Virus record (IMG/VR): IMGVR_UViG_3300006924_000007 | Coordinates: 1 to 64,000 of that record | Strand: one strand, 5' to 3' | Source: a virus | Length of the DNA stretch: 64,000 nt | Notes under the pieces: model-generated | The model's input: only the letters and a program-made list of their open reading frames with translations | What the model was told of the DNA's origin: nothing | Database searches by the model: none | Shown here: positions 46,990 through 57,481 of the stretch, in pieces | Layout of the letters: each line of letters opens with the position of its first letter | Position numbering within the stretch: the first letter of the stretch is position 1 | Translations under genes and position numbers: made by a program

Positions 46990-47594
46990 CTGTAACACCA
47001 CAAATGATCGCAATGAATAAGTATGATACTCAACTGCGTGACTTGATTCACGTTGAGAAGGGTATTATTCCTGCTAATCTGTGTGATTATCTCGTAGAAG
47101 AGATTGAAAAGAATGAATGGCGTCCTCATACTTGGTATAATAATGTTGCCAACTCATTCGGTTCTGAAGAGACAATGGAACTGGATGTGCAGAACATTAC
47201 TGGTGAGCATCAACAACTACTCACACCTTTTATGATTCAGGCAGGGTCAGCATATAATGCAATCTATTCATTTAACTGCGAAAGAACTCAGCAGATTATG
47301 AATAAGTTCAGTTCAATTCGTTTTAATCGTTATGCACCAGGACAGATTATGCGTCAGCACCATGACCATATCCATTCACTGTTTGATGGTAATGAGAAAG
47401 GTATTCCTGTCCTTTCATTCATTCTTAACCTGAATGATGACTATGAAGGTGCAGAACTATTCTTCTGGGATGATTATGTTGTGCCCCTGGGTAAGGGTGA
47501 TATTATTATGTTCCCGTCTCTCTTCTTATTCCCTCATGGTGTGAAGGAAGCAACTAAAGGTAAGCGTTATTCTGCTGTATCTTGGGCTTGGTAA
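46986..47594 (+). CDS. 2OG-Fe(II) oxygenase (prolyl-hydroxylase-like)
   Basis: HHDH, LNDDYEG, FPHGV, RYS.VSW. Confidence 0.88.
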   Translation: MTVTPQMIAMNKYDTQLRDLIHVEKGIIPANLCDYLVEEIEKNEWRPHTWYNNVANSFGSEETMELDVQNITGEHQQLLTPFMIQAGSAYNAIYSFNCERTQQIMNKFSSIRFNRYAPGQIMRQHHDHIHSLFDGNEKGIPVLSFILNLNDDYEGAELFFWDDYVVPLGKGDIIMFPSLFLFPHGVKEATKGKRYSAVSWAW

Positions 47595-48707
47595 TTACAA
47601 TCCACCGTGACCGTTAGATGCAGATCCAGCACCACTCCTTGATTGTGTCAAATTACCAAAATCTATTGCATTTCCAGTGCTCATAATCTGAACATAATCA
47701 ATTGTATCTGTTCTACTCGGTGTTGGACGATTACCACCAGCCCAGACTCCACGAGTTGGTGATGATGTAGCCTTCATTTCACCACCTCCAACAGTTAAAT
47801 CACCAAAATCAACTGCATCTCCTAATGTTGCAATAGTAATATACTCAATAGTATTAACATTAGGACCTGCACCCCCGAAAAGTCCCCTAACAGAATTTGA
47901 ACAAGCTCCACCACCAGATGCAAACACATCGCCAAATTCTGATGCATTACCTAATGTAGATATCATTATAAATTCAAGAGTTGCTCCACCAAATACTGCC
48001 CTTGTTGAAGACTGACAAGCAGATTTCCCGCCAACATTTGAAGCATTACCAAAGTCTTGTGCATTTCCTGTTGACTGAATAGTTATATAATCAATAGTAT
48101 CAACATTAGTAGTAGTATAACCAGCAATAAAAAGACCTCTGGTTGAATTTGAAGCACCGCCAGCAGACATTCTTGCTTGTGATAAATTACCAAAATCTGC
48201 TGCATTTCCAGTTGATGCAATAGTAACAAAATCAATTGTATCTAATACTGTTGGAGTTCTTCCACCTCCGAAACACGCTCTGGTTCTGTCAGAAACTCCT
48301 GCTTGTAAGTGAACACCACTGCTTTGTGCATCACCAAAATTAATTGCATCTCCTGTTGACTGAATAGTTATATAATCAATTGTATTCGTATTTGGAGTTT
48401 CTCCACCAGAGAAGAGTCCACGAGTTCCACCAGTCTGTAACTCTGGTGACCAACTATCAACTTCCATCCATATTCCGTTGGGAGTTGTTCCAAATCCAAC
48501 GGGCCCGAGTATATAAACTTCTAATTTCTTGGAGTCAGTATTAAATCTGATTGATCCTGCGGGTGCTTGATTGTATGATGGTAATTCTTGTCCAGAAACA
48601 TCACCAAAGGCACTTCCACCTCCTACTGTGGTATAACTTCCGCTACCACCACCTGAACCACCGGAGCTGCCACCGCCTCCGCCTCCGCCGCCGCCACCAT
48701 ATCCCAT
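47595..48707 (-). CDS. kelch-like repeat protein, paralog 1 (poly-Gly N-terminus)
   Basis: six RG.F.GG...IDY.TI...GNA.DFG.L repeats; ends SNGHGGL. Confidence 0.8.
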   Translation of the reverse strand: MGYGGGGGGGGGGSSGGSGGGSGSYTTVGGGSAFGDVSGQELPSYNQAPAGSIRFNTDSKKLEVYILGPVGFGTTPNGIWMEVDSWSPELQTGGTRGLFSGGETPNTNTIDYITIQSTGDAINFGDAQSSGVHLQAGVSDRTRACFGGGRTPTVLDTIDFVTIASTGNAADFGNLSQARMSAGGASNSTRGLFIAGYTTTNVDTIDYITIQSTGNAQDFGNASNVGGKSACQSSTRAVFGGATLEFIMISTLGNASEFGDVFASGGGACSNSVRGLFGGAGPNVNTIEYITIATLGDAVDFGDLTVGGGEMKATSSPTRGVWAGGNRPTPSRTDTIDYVQIMSTGNAIDFGNLTQSRSGAGSASNGHGGL

Positions 48708-49729
48708 TAGCCTAGACCTCCATGTGAATCAGAACAAGCAGCAGTTTGGTTTCTTGCAAGATCTAAGTCACCAAAATCCTGTGCATCTCCAAGAGTGTTT
48801 ATAGTTACATAAGAAATAGAATCGCCATCAGATGTCATATCACCAAAAATTGCTCTGGTTGGTGATGAACATGCTGATCCTAAAGTACATCCACTAATAC
48901 AATCACCAAAATCTATTGCATCACCAAGACTTGCGATCGTTATATGATCAATGATATTAGTATTAGATGGATTTGCTCCACCAAAAAATAATCCCCTCGT
49001 AGAATTGGATGCGGAAGCACCTTCTTTTCTCGCGTCTGTCAAATCCCCAAAGTCCTTTGTATTACCTTCAGTTGATATTGTTATATACTCTATTGTATTA
49101 ACTGCAGGGTATGGAGATGCATATGGAGAATTTGATAAAGCAATAATACCTCTAGTTGTTGATGCATTCGACATGCCATAAGCAAAGGTTGCTGATGCAT
49201 CTCCAAAAGTAGTTGCATTACCAAGACTGTTTATAGTTATAAACTCCATCTCACGAAAAGCTGTAACAGTGGGAGCAATATTCCCTCCCACACAAATACC
49301 TCTGGTGTTATCAGAAAGACAAGCAGTTCCTCTTTTTTGTCTGGTTAAATCACCAAAGTCAAAAGTATTTCCAAGTTGAGATATTGTAAGATATTGTATG
49401 GTGTTAATGTTAGTTGGAAATGTCTCTCCACCCATGAAGATGCCACGAGTGGATGATGCACAACCACCAAATTCTGCAGTGGTTGTTGTTAAATTGCCAA
49501 AGTCGAGACCATTTCCTAAAGTAGAGATGGTAAATTTATCCATTCTCTCTTTGAGTCCTGGTGATGTTCTACCACCGACAAAGATACCAGTTCCTCTACC
49601 ACCACGATAAGCAGTATCACCTCTTGGTAGTGCCATTGCACCAGTAGAGTTCATCTCAACGGTGCCAGAAATTACAGGACCATTAGTTCCACTCAAACTT
49701 TGTATATTGTTTACCTTAATGTCTGACAT
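48707..49729 (-). CDS. kelch-like repeat protein, paralog 2
   Basis: same repeats; ends SDSHGGLG. Confidence 0.8.
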   Translation of the reverse strand: MSDIKVNNIQSLSGTNGPVISGTVEMNSTGAMALPRGDTAYRGGRGTGIFVGGRTSPGLKERMDKFTISTLGNGLDFGNLTTTTAEFGGCASSTRGIFMGGETFPTNINTIQYLTISQLGNTFDFGDLTRQKRGTACLSDNTRGICVGGNIAPTVTAFREMEFITINSLGNATTFGDASATFAYGMSNASTTRGIIALSNSPYASPYPAVNTIEYITISTEGNTKDFGDLTDARKEGASASNSTRGLFFGGANPSNTNIIDHITIASLGDAIDFGDCISGCTLGSACSSPTRAIFGDMTSDGDSISYVTINTLGDAQDFGDLDLARNQTAACSDSHGGLG

Positions 49730-49752
49730 CGGTTAATATCTCATACGATTAT

Positions 49753-50886
49753 TTATCCAAGACCACCATGTGAATCAGAACAACCATTTTTTAATCTTCT
49801 TCTTGCGGCAGTTAAATTTCCAAAGTCGGTTGCATCACCAAGAGTTGCGATAGTCACATAATCAATGACATCACTTAATGATGGTGATTCTCCCCCTGCC
49901 CAACAACAACGAGAGGGTGAAGAAAACGCACCTACTTGTCCTCTTCCTACAGTCAAATCGCCAAAATCTAGTGAATCTCCAAGAGATGCGATTGTGATGT
50001 AATCTATTGCTGCATTAAAGGGAACTCCCGGATAATCTCCACCACCAAATACACCTCTTACAGAATTCGATGCACCGTTAGCATCAGTTGCCCCATTTAT
50101 ACCAGCATCTCCAAAATCTTGTGCATTTCCCATCGTGGAAATGGTCACGTATTGCATGGTATTGTTATATGTTCCAGGTGATGGAGCATAATAGTTTATC
50201 CAAATACCTCTGGTTGAACTTGCTGCATTGGAGAAATTATTACAAGCAGTGACCAGATCACCAAAGAAGAATGCATTCCCTAATGTAGAAATTGTAATTT
50301 GATCAATGGTGCTTCTATAATTGGACTGGTCGTAACCTCCTCCGGCCAATCCTCTAGTGTCATTTGATACTGTACCGACTCCGTGCTCTGCTGAACTTAA
50401 ATCTCCAAAATCAAATGCATTTCCAGTTGCAGAAATTGTTACATAATCAATTGTATTTTGAGAAGTATCACCTGGAGCATTTCCTCCACACCAAACTCCA
50501 CGCACAGAAGAAGCAAGACCAGAAACATAATCGTTTGCTCTAGTTAAATCGCCAAAATCGGTTGCATCTCCTGTTGTTGCAATTGTTACGTAATCAATAG
50601 TATTAAATTGTGAAGGACCAAATCCTCCACCCCACATTCCACGACCTCTACTACCTCTCTCTGCCGTAGTTCCACTTGGAGGAATGAAGTGTGCCGTGGA
50701 ATTTACTTCTACAATACCATCAACATCTGTTCCTCTCTTTCCATCTCTGCTTGTTATATTATCTACTTTTAGGTTTGCGGTTCTATCATCACTTACACGG
50801 CGATATCCAGACCCACCAGAAGCACCTGATCCTCCTCCTGATCCACCGCCACCGCCGCCGCCGCCACCGCCGCCACCGTATCCCAT
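49753..50886 (-). CDS. kelch-like repeat protein, paralog 3 (poly-Gly N-terminus)
   Basis: same repeats. Confidence 0.8.
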   Translation of the reverse strand: MGYGGGGGGGGGGGGSGGGSGASGGSGYRRVSDDRTANLKVDNITSRDGKRGTDVDGIVEVNSTAHFIPPSGTTAERGSRGRGMWGGGFGPSQFNTIDYVTIATTGDATDFGDLTRANDYVSGLASSVRGVWCGGNAPGDTSQNTIDYVTISATGNAFDFGDLSSAEHGVGTVSNDTRGLAGGGYDQSNYRSTIDQITISTLGNAFFFGDLVTACNNFSNAASSTRGIWINYYAPSPGTYNNTMQYVTISTMGNAQDFGDAGINGATDANGASNSVRGVFGGGDYPGVPFNAAIDYITIASLGDSLDFGDLTVGRGQVGAFSSPSRCCWAGGESPSLSDVIDYVTIATLGDATDFGNLTAARRRLKNGCSDSHGGLG

Positions 50887-50917
50887 TAGTTACTCCGACT
50901 ATAGTATCTCACAGTAT

Positions 50918-51988
50918 TTATCCCAATCCACCGTGACCATTAGAAATGCCCATAGAAAGTCTTCTTGCACTGGTCAAATTACCAAAGTCAACTGCATCAC
51001 CTAAACTCATAATCTGTACATAAGCAATTGTATCAACATTTGGTGTTCCTCCGCCAGCAAAAATTGAACGAGTCGATGATGCTGCTGATGTTGAATATGC
51101 TGCATCATAGGTTAAATCACCAAAATCTATTGCATTTCCAAGGGTGGCAATTGTTCCATAACTTAAAGATCCAACAGGAGATCCACCATCTCCATGAATA
51201 CCTCTTACAGAATTGGAAGATGAACCTCTATTTGAAGTGGTAGATTGTGCATCTCCAAAGTCCGCAGAATTTCCTAATGTGGATATTGTAATATATTGAA
51301 TTGTATTAATGCTGCTAATACTGGGAGTTGTACCTGTGTTTCCACATAGGTGAATACCTCTTGTTGATGAAGCCCATCCACCACCTGTATGATTTCCTGC
51401 ACCAGTATATAAATCACCAAAATCAACAGCATCTCCTGTTGATGCAATGGTTATGTAGTCGATTACATTTGATCCTTTATAATTGGGAGATTGAGGTGCA
51501 AGACCACCCATAAGAACACCACGAGTGGAATTTGCACAACTGCCCATACTTCTTCTGGCAGTGGTCATATCACCAAATGTGGTGTCATTACCTGTTGATG
51601 ATATGGTGATGTACTTCAGGTTCGTTGAATAATGAGGTAAATTTCCTCCGAATACACCTCTTGTTCTTGATGCCAGAGCAAATCCCTCATAATCGGATGT
51701 TGCAGTTCCAAAAGAAATTGCATCGCCAGTGGAACTCATATTAACATAATCAATACCAGTTTGATCTCTTCCACATACAATTACACCACGAGTTCCACCA
51801 GTCTGAATATCTGGTGAATCAGTTGTGAGTTGAACCCATTCTCCTGCTGCCATGGTTCCAATGCCAGCATAAGAACTTGTGCTTCCACCTTCCATTCCAA
51901 TACGGAAATACTCTAGTTTCATAGAGTCCGTGTTGAATCTGATTGCTCCTGGAGTTATATTACCTGGTGCGTTTTCTCCGTGTGCCAT
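50918..51988 (-). CDS. kelch-like repeat protein, paralog 4
   Basis: same repeats. Confidence 0.8.
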   Translation of the reverse strand: MAHGENAPGNITPGAIRFNTDSMKLEYFRIGMEGGSTSSYAGIGTMAAGEWVQLTTDSPDIQTGGTRGVIVCGRDQTGIDYVNMSSTGDAISFGTATSDYEGFALASRTRGVFGGNLPHYSTNLKYITISSTGNDTTFGDMTTARRSMGSCANSTRGVLMGGLAPQSPNYKGSNVIDYITIASTGDAVDFGDLYTGAGNHTGGGWASSTRGIHLCGNTGTTPSISSINTIQYITISTLGNSADFGDAQSTTSNRGSSSNSVRGIHGDGGSPVGSLSYGTIATLGNAIDFGDLTYDAAYSTSAASSTRSIFAGGGTPNVDTIAYVQIMSLGDAVDFGNLTSARRLSMGISNGHGGLG

Positions 51989-52992
51989 TATCCTAGACCT
52001 CCGTGTGAATCAGAACATGCACCAACTTCTCTTCCTGCTTCAATTAAATCTCCAAAGTCAACTGCATTACCAATAGATGCAATGGCGACATAATCAATTA
52101 CATCACTATCACTTGGAGTATCACCACCACCCCAGACACCACGAGTACTAGAGGAACAAGCACCAGGATAATATCTTGCTAATGTCAAATCACCAAAGTC
52201 TTGTGCATTTCCTTTTGATGCAATAGTGACATAATCCATTGTATTAACTCTGGCTGGGGCCGAGACTCCACCAGCAAAAACACCACGAGTTGATGAAGAA
52301 CAAGCAGAAACTCCATATCTTACTTGAGTTAAATCTCCAAAGTCTGCTGCATTTCCTAATGATGCTATGGTGATAAAATCTATTGTGTTTTGATTAGTTG
52401 CTCCAGGATCTTGACCACCACCAAAGACACCACGAGTACTAGAGGAACAAGCACCAAGATTACTTCTTATTTGAGTTAAGTCACCAAAGTATGCAGCATT
52501 TCCTTTTGATGCAATGGTAATATAATCTATTATTTTTACTTTAGCTGTTGCATCCTCACCACCACCAAAGACCCCACGAGTACTAGAGGAACAAGCAGGA
52601 AATTCTTTTCTTACTCCAGTCAAATCACCAAAATCAAATGCATTACCTGTTGATGATATAGTTACAAATTCTATTATGTTTAATCTACTTGGAACAGCAC
52701 CACCACCAAAGACACCACGAGTACTAGAGGAACAAGCACTCGGAGCTTTCCTTGCTGCAGATAAATTGCCAAAATCAGTTGCATTTCCTAGTGTAGAAAT
52801 TGTTATATACTCAATTCTATCAGTAGATGGATCTCCCCCACCAAAAACACCACGACCTCTACCACCACGATAAGCAGTATCACCAGAAGGCATCACAATA
52901 CCAGAAGTTCCAGTGAAGGTAGTGATACCTGCAATATCTGGTCCTCTGGATGCATCTTGACTTTTGATTTGATCTATTCTAAATTCTGACAT
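51988..52992 (-). CDS. kelch-like repeat protein, paralog 5
   Basis: six highly homogeneous repeats ACSSSTRGVFGGG. Confidence 0.8.
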   Translation of the reverse strand: MSEFRIDQIKSQDASRGPDIAGITTFTGTSGIVMPSGDTAYRGGRGRGVFGGGDPSTDRIEYITISTLGNATDFGNLSAARKAPSACSSSTRGVFGGGAVPSRLNIIEFVTISSTGNAFDFGDLTGVRKEFPACSSSTRGVFGGGEDATAKVKIIDYITIASKGNAAYFGDLTQIRSNLGACSSSTRGVFGGGQDPGATNQNTIDFITIASLGNAADFGDLTQVRYGVSACSSSTRGVFAGGVSAPARVNTMDYVTIASKGNAQDFGDLTLARYYPGACSSSTRGVWGGGDTPSDSDVIDYVAIASIGNAVDFGDLIEAGREVGACSDSHGGLG

Positions 52993-54047
52993 TATAAACC
53001 TCCGTGACCATTAGAGCATCCCATTTCTTGTAAAAGAGTTGGGTTTATCAGGTCACCAAAATCAATTGCATTGCCGGTTGTCATAATTTGAACATAATCT
53101 ATTATATTAGTTTGTGTTGGTGCCCAAGATCCTGCCCAACATCCACGAGTTGGTGATGATACTGCACCAATCTCATGTCTTGCTGTAGTTAAGTCACCAA
53201 AATCAGTTCCATTACCAAGAGTACTCATCGTCACATATTCAATGGCATTTGTACTTGATCCGGCATTACCACCACCATTCAAACCTCTCACTGCATTTGA
53301 ACATCCGGCAGCATAATATTTTGCAACATTTAAATTACCAAAATCTGCAGTATTTCCAAGAGTTGATATGGTAACAAATTGAATATAGTCTTTGATATCA
53401 CTTATATATCCTCCCATTGCAAATCCACGAGTGGGTGAATTAAATGATGATTGAGATCTCACTGCCTCAGTAAGATCGCCAAAATCTTTTCCAGCACCTG
53501 TTGCTGCAATAGTGACATATTCTATACTTGCAGTTAAAGGTGATGGTCCAGTAAAACCACCAGCTATAAGACCCCTAGTTGAATTACTCATACCAACAGG
53601 ATAATACCTACCAGTGGGTATATCACCAAAATCTGTTGTATTGCCACCACTTGCTATGGCACAAGTATCAATAGAAGCAAGTGTAGATGGAGTAAGTCCT
53701 CCTGCCCACATTGCTCTTGTTCTACTAGAGAATCCAGCATTACCATATACTGCTCCACTTCCAGATAAAGTTCCAAAATCTACTGCATTACCAGTAGTGT
53801 TAATCTGTATATATTGAATGTCATCATATCTTGGATGAGGCGATGTTCCAAAACCACCTGCATACAATCCACGAGTTCCACCAGTCTGAACCTCTGGTGA
53901 TGTTGCTTCTATTTCTTCCCACTGACCAGCAGCAAGTGTGCCGATTCCTGCCATTGAAGCAGTTCCTTCATAGTTTGCACTACCACGAAAGATCTCCAGC
54001 TTCATGGAGTCGGTATTAAATCTAAATGCTCCTGGTTTAATCGTCAT
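52992..54047 (-). CDS. kelch-like repeat protein, paralog 6
   Basis: same repeats. Confidence 0.8.
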   Translation of the reverse strand: MTIKPGAFRFNTDSMKLEIFRGSANYEGTASMAGIGTLAAGQWEEIEATSPEVQTGGTRGLYAGGFGTSPHPRYDDIQYIQINTTGNAVDFGTLSGSGAVYGNAGFSSRTRAMWAGGLTPSTLASIDTCAIASGGNTTDFGDIPTGRYYPVGMSNSTRGLIAGGFTGPSPLTASIEYVTIAATGAGKDFGDLTEAVRSQSSFNSPTRGFAMGGYISDIKDYIQFVTISTLGNTADFGNLNVAKYYAAGCSNAVRGLNGGGNAGSSTNAIEYVTMSTLGNGTDFGDLTTARHEIGAVSSPTRGCWAGSWAPTQTNIIDYVQIMTTGNAIDFGDLINPTLLQEMGCSNGHGGL

Positions 54048-54072
54048 CAGATATTACTCTCCATAGTTATAT

Positions 54073-55206
54073 TTAGAGACCTCCGTGACCGTTGGAACAA
54101 CCACCTTCTCCGCTCCATCTTGCAACTGTCAAATTGCCAAAATCTACTGCATTACCGGTTGTTTGTATTGTTACAAAATCAATAGTATCATCGTTTGGTG
54201 CTGCACCACCAGCCCATAAACCTCTTATAGGTGAAGAGGTTGAGTTTCCGTGTTGCATGGTTCTTGTTAAATCACCAAAGTCTTGTGCATTTCCTAATGT
54301 TGCAATGGTAATAAATTGTATTGTACTAACTTTTGATGGTGTTAATCCTCCTCCATGTACTCCTCTTGTCGCATTACCACATCCAATCGCATCAAATTGA
54401 TTCTGCACCAAATCTCCAAAGTCTTGTGCATTTCCGGTAGTAGATGTGGTTACATATTGAATTGTAGAATCCTCTGCTGGTGTAGAACCTCCGGCAAATA
54501 TGGCACGAACTGGTGATTGGCATGTTCCAACATTATTAGTTGCTGCAATTAGATCTCCAAAATCAACTGCATTACCTGTTGATTGAATTGTAACATAATC
54601 AATTGTATTTACTTTAGTTGGACTTGCAACTCCACCACCAAATAGTGCTCTCGTTGAATTAGCAGCGGATCCAGCACCTCTTCTACCTACACTCAAATTT
54701 CCAAAATCTTGTGCATTTCCTGTTGACGAAATTGTTACATAATCTATTACATCATTTGTTGGATTTTGTCCTCCCCATAAACCTCTAGTTCTATCCGCAT
54801 TAGCTGCAGCAGCATATCTTGCTACTGTTAGATTTCCAAAGTCCTGTGCGTTTCCAAGAGTAGAGATAGTAACATAATCAATTACATCTTGATTTGCTGG
54901 TGCAGCATATCCACCACCAAACAATCCACGAGCTCCTGTTCCACCGGAAGAGTTTGTATTATTTTGATCTCCAAGTTCGTTGTTATTAGTAATCACATCA
55001 ACCCAAAGTTCACCTGTGTAATACTCAAGGTGACCACTATCAGTATTAAACCTTATCATCCCTTCTCCGGGACTTGAAGGTCTCTGTGCTGTTGAACCTG
55101 ATGGTGGAACAAAATAGTTTGGTGATGAGAATGTAGAGATGCCAGATACTACTGGTGCTCCATCTTCGTTCTCGTTAAAAAGATTGCTTACATTAAGTCT
55201 TGACAT
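54073..55206 (-). CDS. kelch-like repeat protein, paralog 7
   Basis: same repeats. Confidence 0.8.
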   Translation of the reverse strand: MSRLNVSNLFNENEDGAPVVSGISTFSSPNYFVPPSGSTAQRPSSPGEGMIRFNTDSGHLEYYTGELWVDVITNNNELGDQNNTNSSGGTGARGLFGGGYAAPANQDVIDYVTISTLGNAQDFGNLTVARYAAAANADRTRGLWGGQNPTNDVIDYVTISSTGNAQDFGNLSVGRRGAGSAANSTRALFGGGVASPTKVNTIDYVTIQSTGNAVDFGDLIAATNNVGTCQSPVRAIFAGGSTPAEDSTIQYVTTSTTGNAQDFGDLVQNQFDAIGCGNATRGVHGGGLTPSKVSTIQFITIATLGNAQDFGDLTRTMQHGNSTSSPIRGLWAGGAAPNDDTIDFVTIQTTGNAVDFGNLTVARWSGEGGCSNGHGGL

Positions 55207-55208
55207 GA

Positions 55209-56342
55209 TTATAAACCTCCATGACCATTAGATATTGCACCATAACCATATGATCTTGCTTGAGTTAAATCTCCAAAATCTGTTGCATTTCCAGTGGTGG
55301 CAAATTCAATATAATCAATCGTATTACGTTTACCACCTGGTTTCTGACCACCAGCAAATACTCCTCTTGTAGGACTTGCAGCAGCAGAAGTTCCAGTTCT
55401 TGCTTCAGTTAAATCACCAAAGTCTTGTGCATTTCCTGTGGTTGCAATTGTCATAAAATCAATCGCATTATTAGTGCCACTTCTCCCTGCATAAACTCCC
55501 CTTGTTGCATTTGAGGATGCTCCTGCACAGTTTCCTTCAGCCGTCAAATCTCCAAAGTCCTGTGTATTTCCTGTTGTTGAAAGAGTTACATATTGAATAA
55601 CATTGGTGGCGTCACCTGTTCCACCCATTGCTAATCCACGAATAGATGATGCAAAGTTTGATGTTCCCTGAATTGCTACTATCAAATTACCAAAATCAAC
55701 AGCATCTCCGTCTGATGCAATTTCTACATAATCAACAGTATCTTGTGAAGATGGATTTACTCCTCCACTAAAAATACCCCTTGTTTGATTAGAACATGCA
55801 CCTATATTATGCCTAGCTACAGTTAAGTCTCCCCCAGTATCAACTGCATTTCCAGTTGATGCAATTGTAATCTTCTCTATAGCATCTCTTTGTCCTGGTG
55901 TATATCCACCAGCAATAAGTCCTCTAGTTCTTGATGCACACTGACCAGAACTTCTATATACTGAAGTTTGATTACCAAAATCTTGTGCATTTCCTAAAGT
56001 TGAAATGGAAATATAATCTATTGTATCAACTATAGTTGGTGTATATCCACCTGCAAATACCGCACGAACTCCTGTTCCACCAGCAGAGTTTGATACATTA
56101 TTATTACCAAGATTAGGAGACTCACCAAGTATCGTTGCCCAGTGGTCGTTTCTCCATACTTCAAGTCTTCCAATATCAGTATTAAACCTCAACATCCCTG
56201 GTGGAGGACTACTGGGTCTTTCTGCTGTTGATCCTGATGGTGGAACGAAATAATATGGTGATGTAAATGTTGTAAGTCCTACAATATTTGGACCGCTACT
56301 ACCAAATTCATCACTAAAACCTGAAGCCTTAAATTCTGACAT
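55209..56342 (-). CDS. kelch-like repeat protein, paralog 8
   Basis: same repeats. Confidence 0.8.
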   Translation of the reverse strand: MSEFKASGFSDEFGSSGPNIVGLTTFTSPYYFVPPSGSTAERPSSPPPGMLRFNTDIGRLEVWRNDHWATILGESPNLGNNNVSNSAGGTGVRAVFAGGYTPTIVDTIDYISISTLGNAQDFGNQTSVYRSSGQCASRTRGLIAGGYTPGQRDAIEKITIASTGNAVDTGGDLTVARHNIGACSNQTRGIFSGGVNPSSQDTVDYVEIASDGDAVDFGNLIVAIQGTSNFASSIRGLAMGGTGDATNVIQYVTLSTTGNTQDFGDLTAEGNCAGASSNATRGVYAGRSGTNNAIDFMTIATTGNAQDFGDLTEARTGTSAAASPTRGVFAGGQKPGGKRNTIDYIEFATTGNATDFGDLTQARSYGYGAISNGHGGL

Positions 56343-56344
56343 AA

Positions 56345-57478
56345 TTATAACCCTCCGTGACCGTTAGAGCAAGACATCATACCTCTGTTAGTTCTTGTCA
56401 AATCACCAAAATCTGATGCATTTCCTGTGGTTGGAATAGTTATAAAATCAATAGTATTAACAACAGTTGGAGTTCCACCACCACCAAAACAAGCACGGGT
56501 TGGTGAAGAAACTCCAGCTCTACTGAAACTAGCAGTCTGTAAATCACCAAAATCTTGTGCATTTCCTGTTGTTGATATAGTAATAAAGTCTATAATATTA
56601 GTGGTCGGTTCTCCTCCGGCAAAAATACCTCTTGTGGCATTTGATCCCGATCCAGCAGTTCCTCTGGCAAGTGTTAAATCTCCAAAGTCTACTGCATTTC
56701 CTAGAGTTGTTAGTGTTATATACGATATATTATTAATTTTTGAACCAGTATTACCGCCAGCAGCAATTCCACGAATCGGTGACCCACAAATTCCCTCTGT
56801 TTGTGCATCTGCAGTATAACTTAAATCACCATAATCAACTGAATTTCCTTCTGATGCAATACTGATATATTGAATTACATTTGATTTCGATGGAGCTCCT
56901 CCTCCAAAAAAGACACCTCTTGTAGAAGATGATGCTCCACCAACACCTTGTCCCATTCCTGTAGCCAAATCACCAAAATCTGAAAAATTTCCAGTGGATG
57001 CAAAAGTACCAAAATCTATTGTATTAACTATTGAACCAGTCTCACCTCCAGCAGCTACGGCACGAGTTGATGATGCTGCGGATCCCCCTGTCCATCTTGC
57101 TTGAGATAGATTGCCAAAGTCTTGTGCATTACCGAGTGTTGATATACTTATGTAGTCTATGGTATCTGAAACGGATGGACCTCCACCCATGAATAATCCA
57201 CGATGTCCTGTTCCACCGGTAGAGTTTGTATTATTTTGATCTCCAAGTTCTTCACTACTTGCCTCAAACTCTAACCATACTAATCCATTCCAATACTCTA
57301 AGTGTGCAGAGTCAGTATTAAAACGAATAGACCCAGGAGGGCAATCAGAGGGTCTCTGTGCCGTGGTTCCAGTTGGGGGTATAAAATATTGCTGACCAGA
57401 AAATGTCGTGATACCAGATAATACAGGGCCACCAGTATTTGATTCGTTTCCTAAAGTGTTGACCCTTATCTCAGACAT
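56345..57478 (-). CDS. kelch-like repeat protein, paralog 9
   Basis: same repeats. Confidence 0.8.
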   Translation of the reverse strand: MSEIRVNTLGNESNTGGPVLSGITTFSGQQYFIPPTGTTAQRPSDCPPGSIRFNTDSAHLEYWNGLVWLEFEASSEELGDQNNTNSTGGTGHRGLFMGGGPSVSDTIDYISISTLGNAQDFGNLSQARWTGGSAASSTRAVAAGGETGSIVNTIDFGTFASTGNFSDFGDLATGMGQGVGGASSSTRGVFFGGGAPSKSNVIQYISIASEGNSVDYGDLSYTADAQTEGICGSPIRGIAAGGNTGSKINNISYITLTTLGNAVDFGDLTLARGTAGSGSNATRGIFAGGEPTTNIIDFITISTTGNAQDFGDLQTASFSRAGVSSPTRACFGGGGTPTVVNTIDFITIPTTGNASDFGDLTRTNRGMMSCSNGHGGL

Positions 57479-57481
57479 GTA

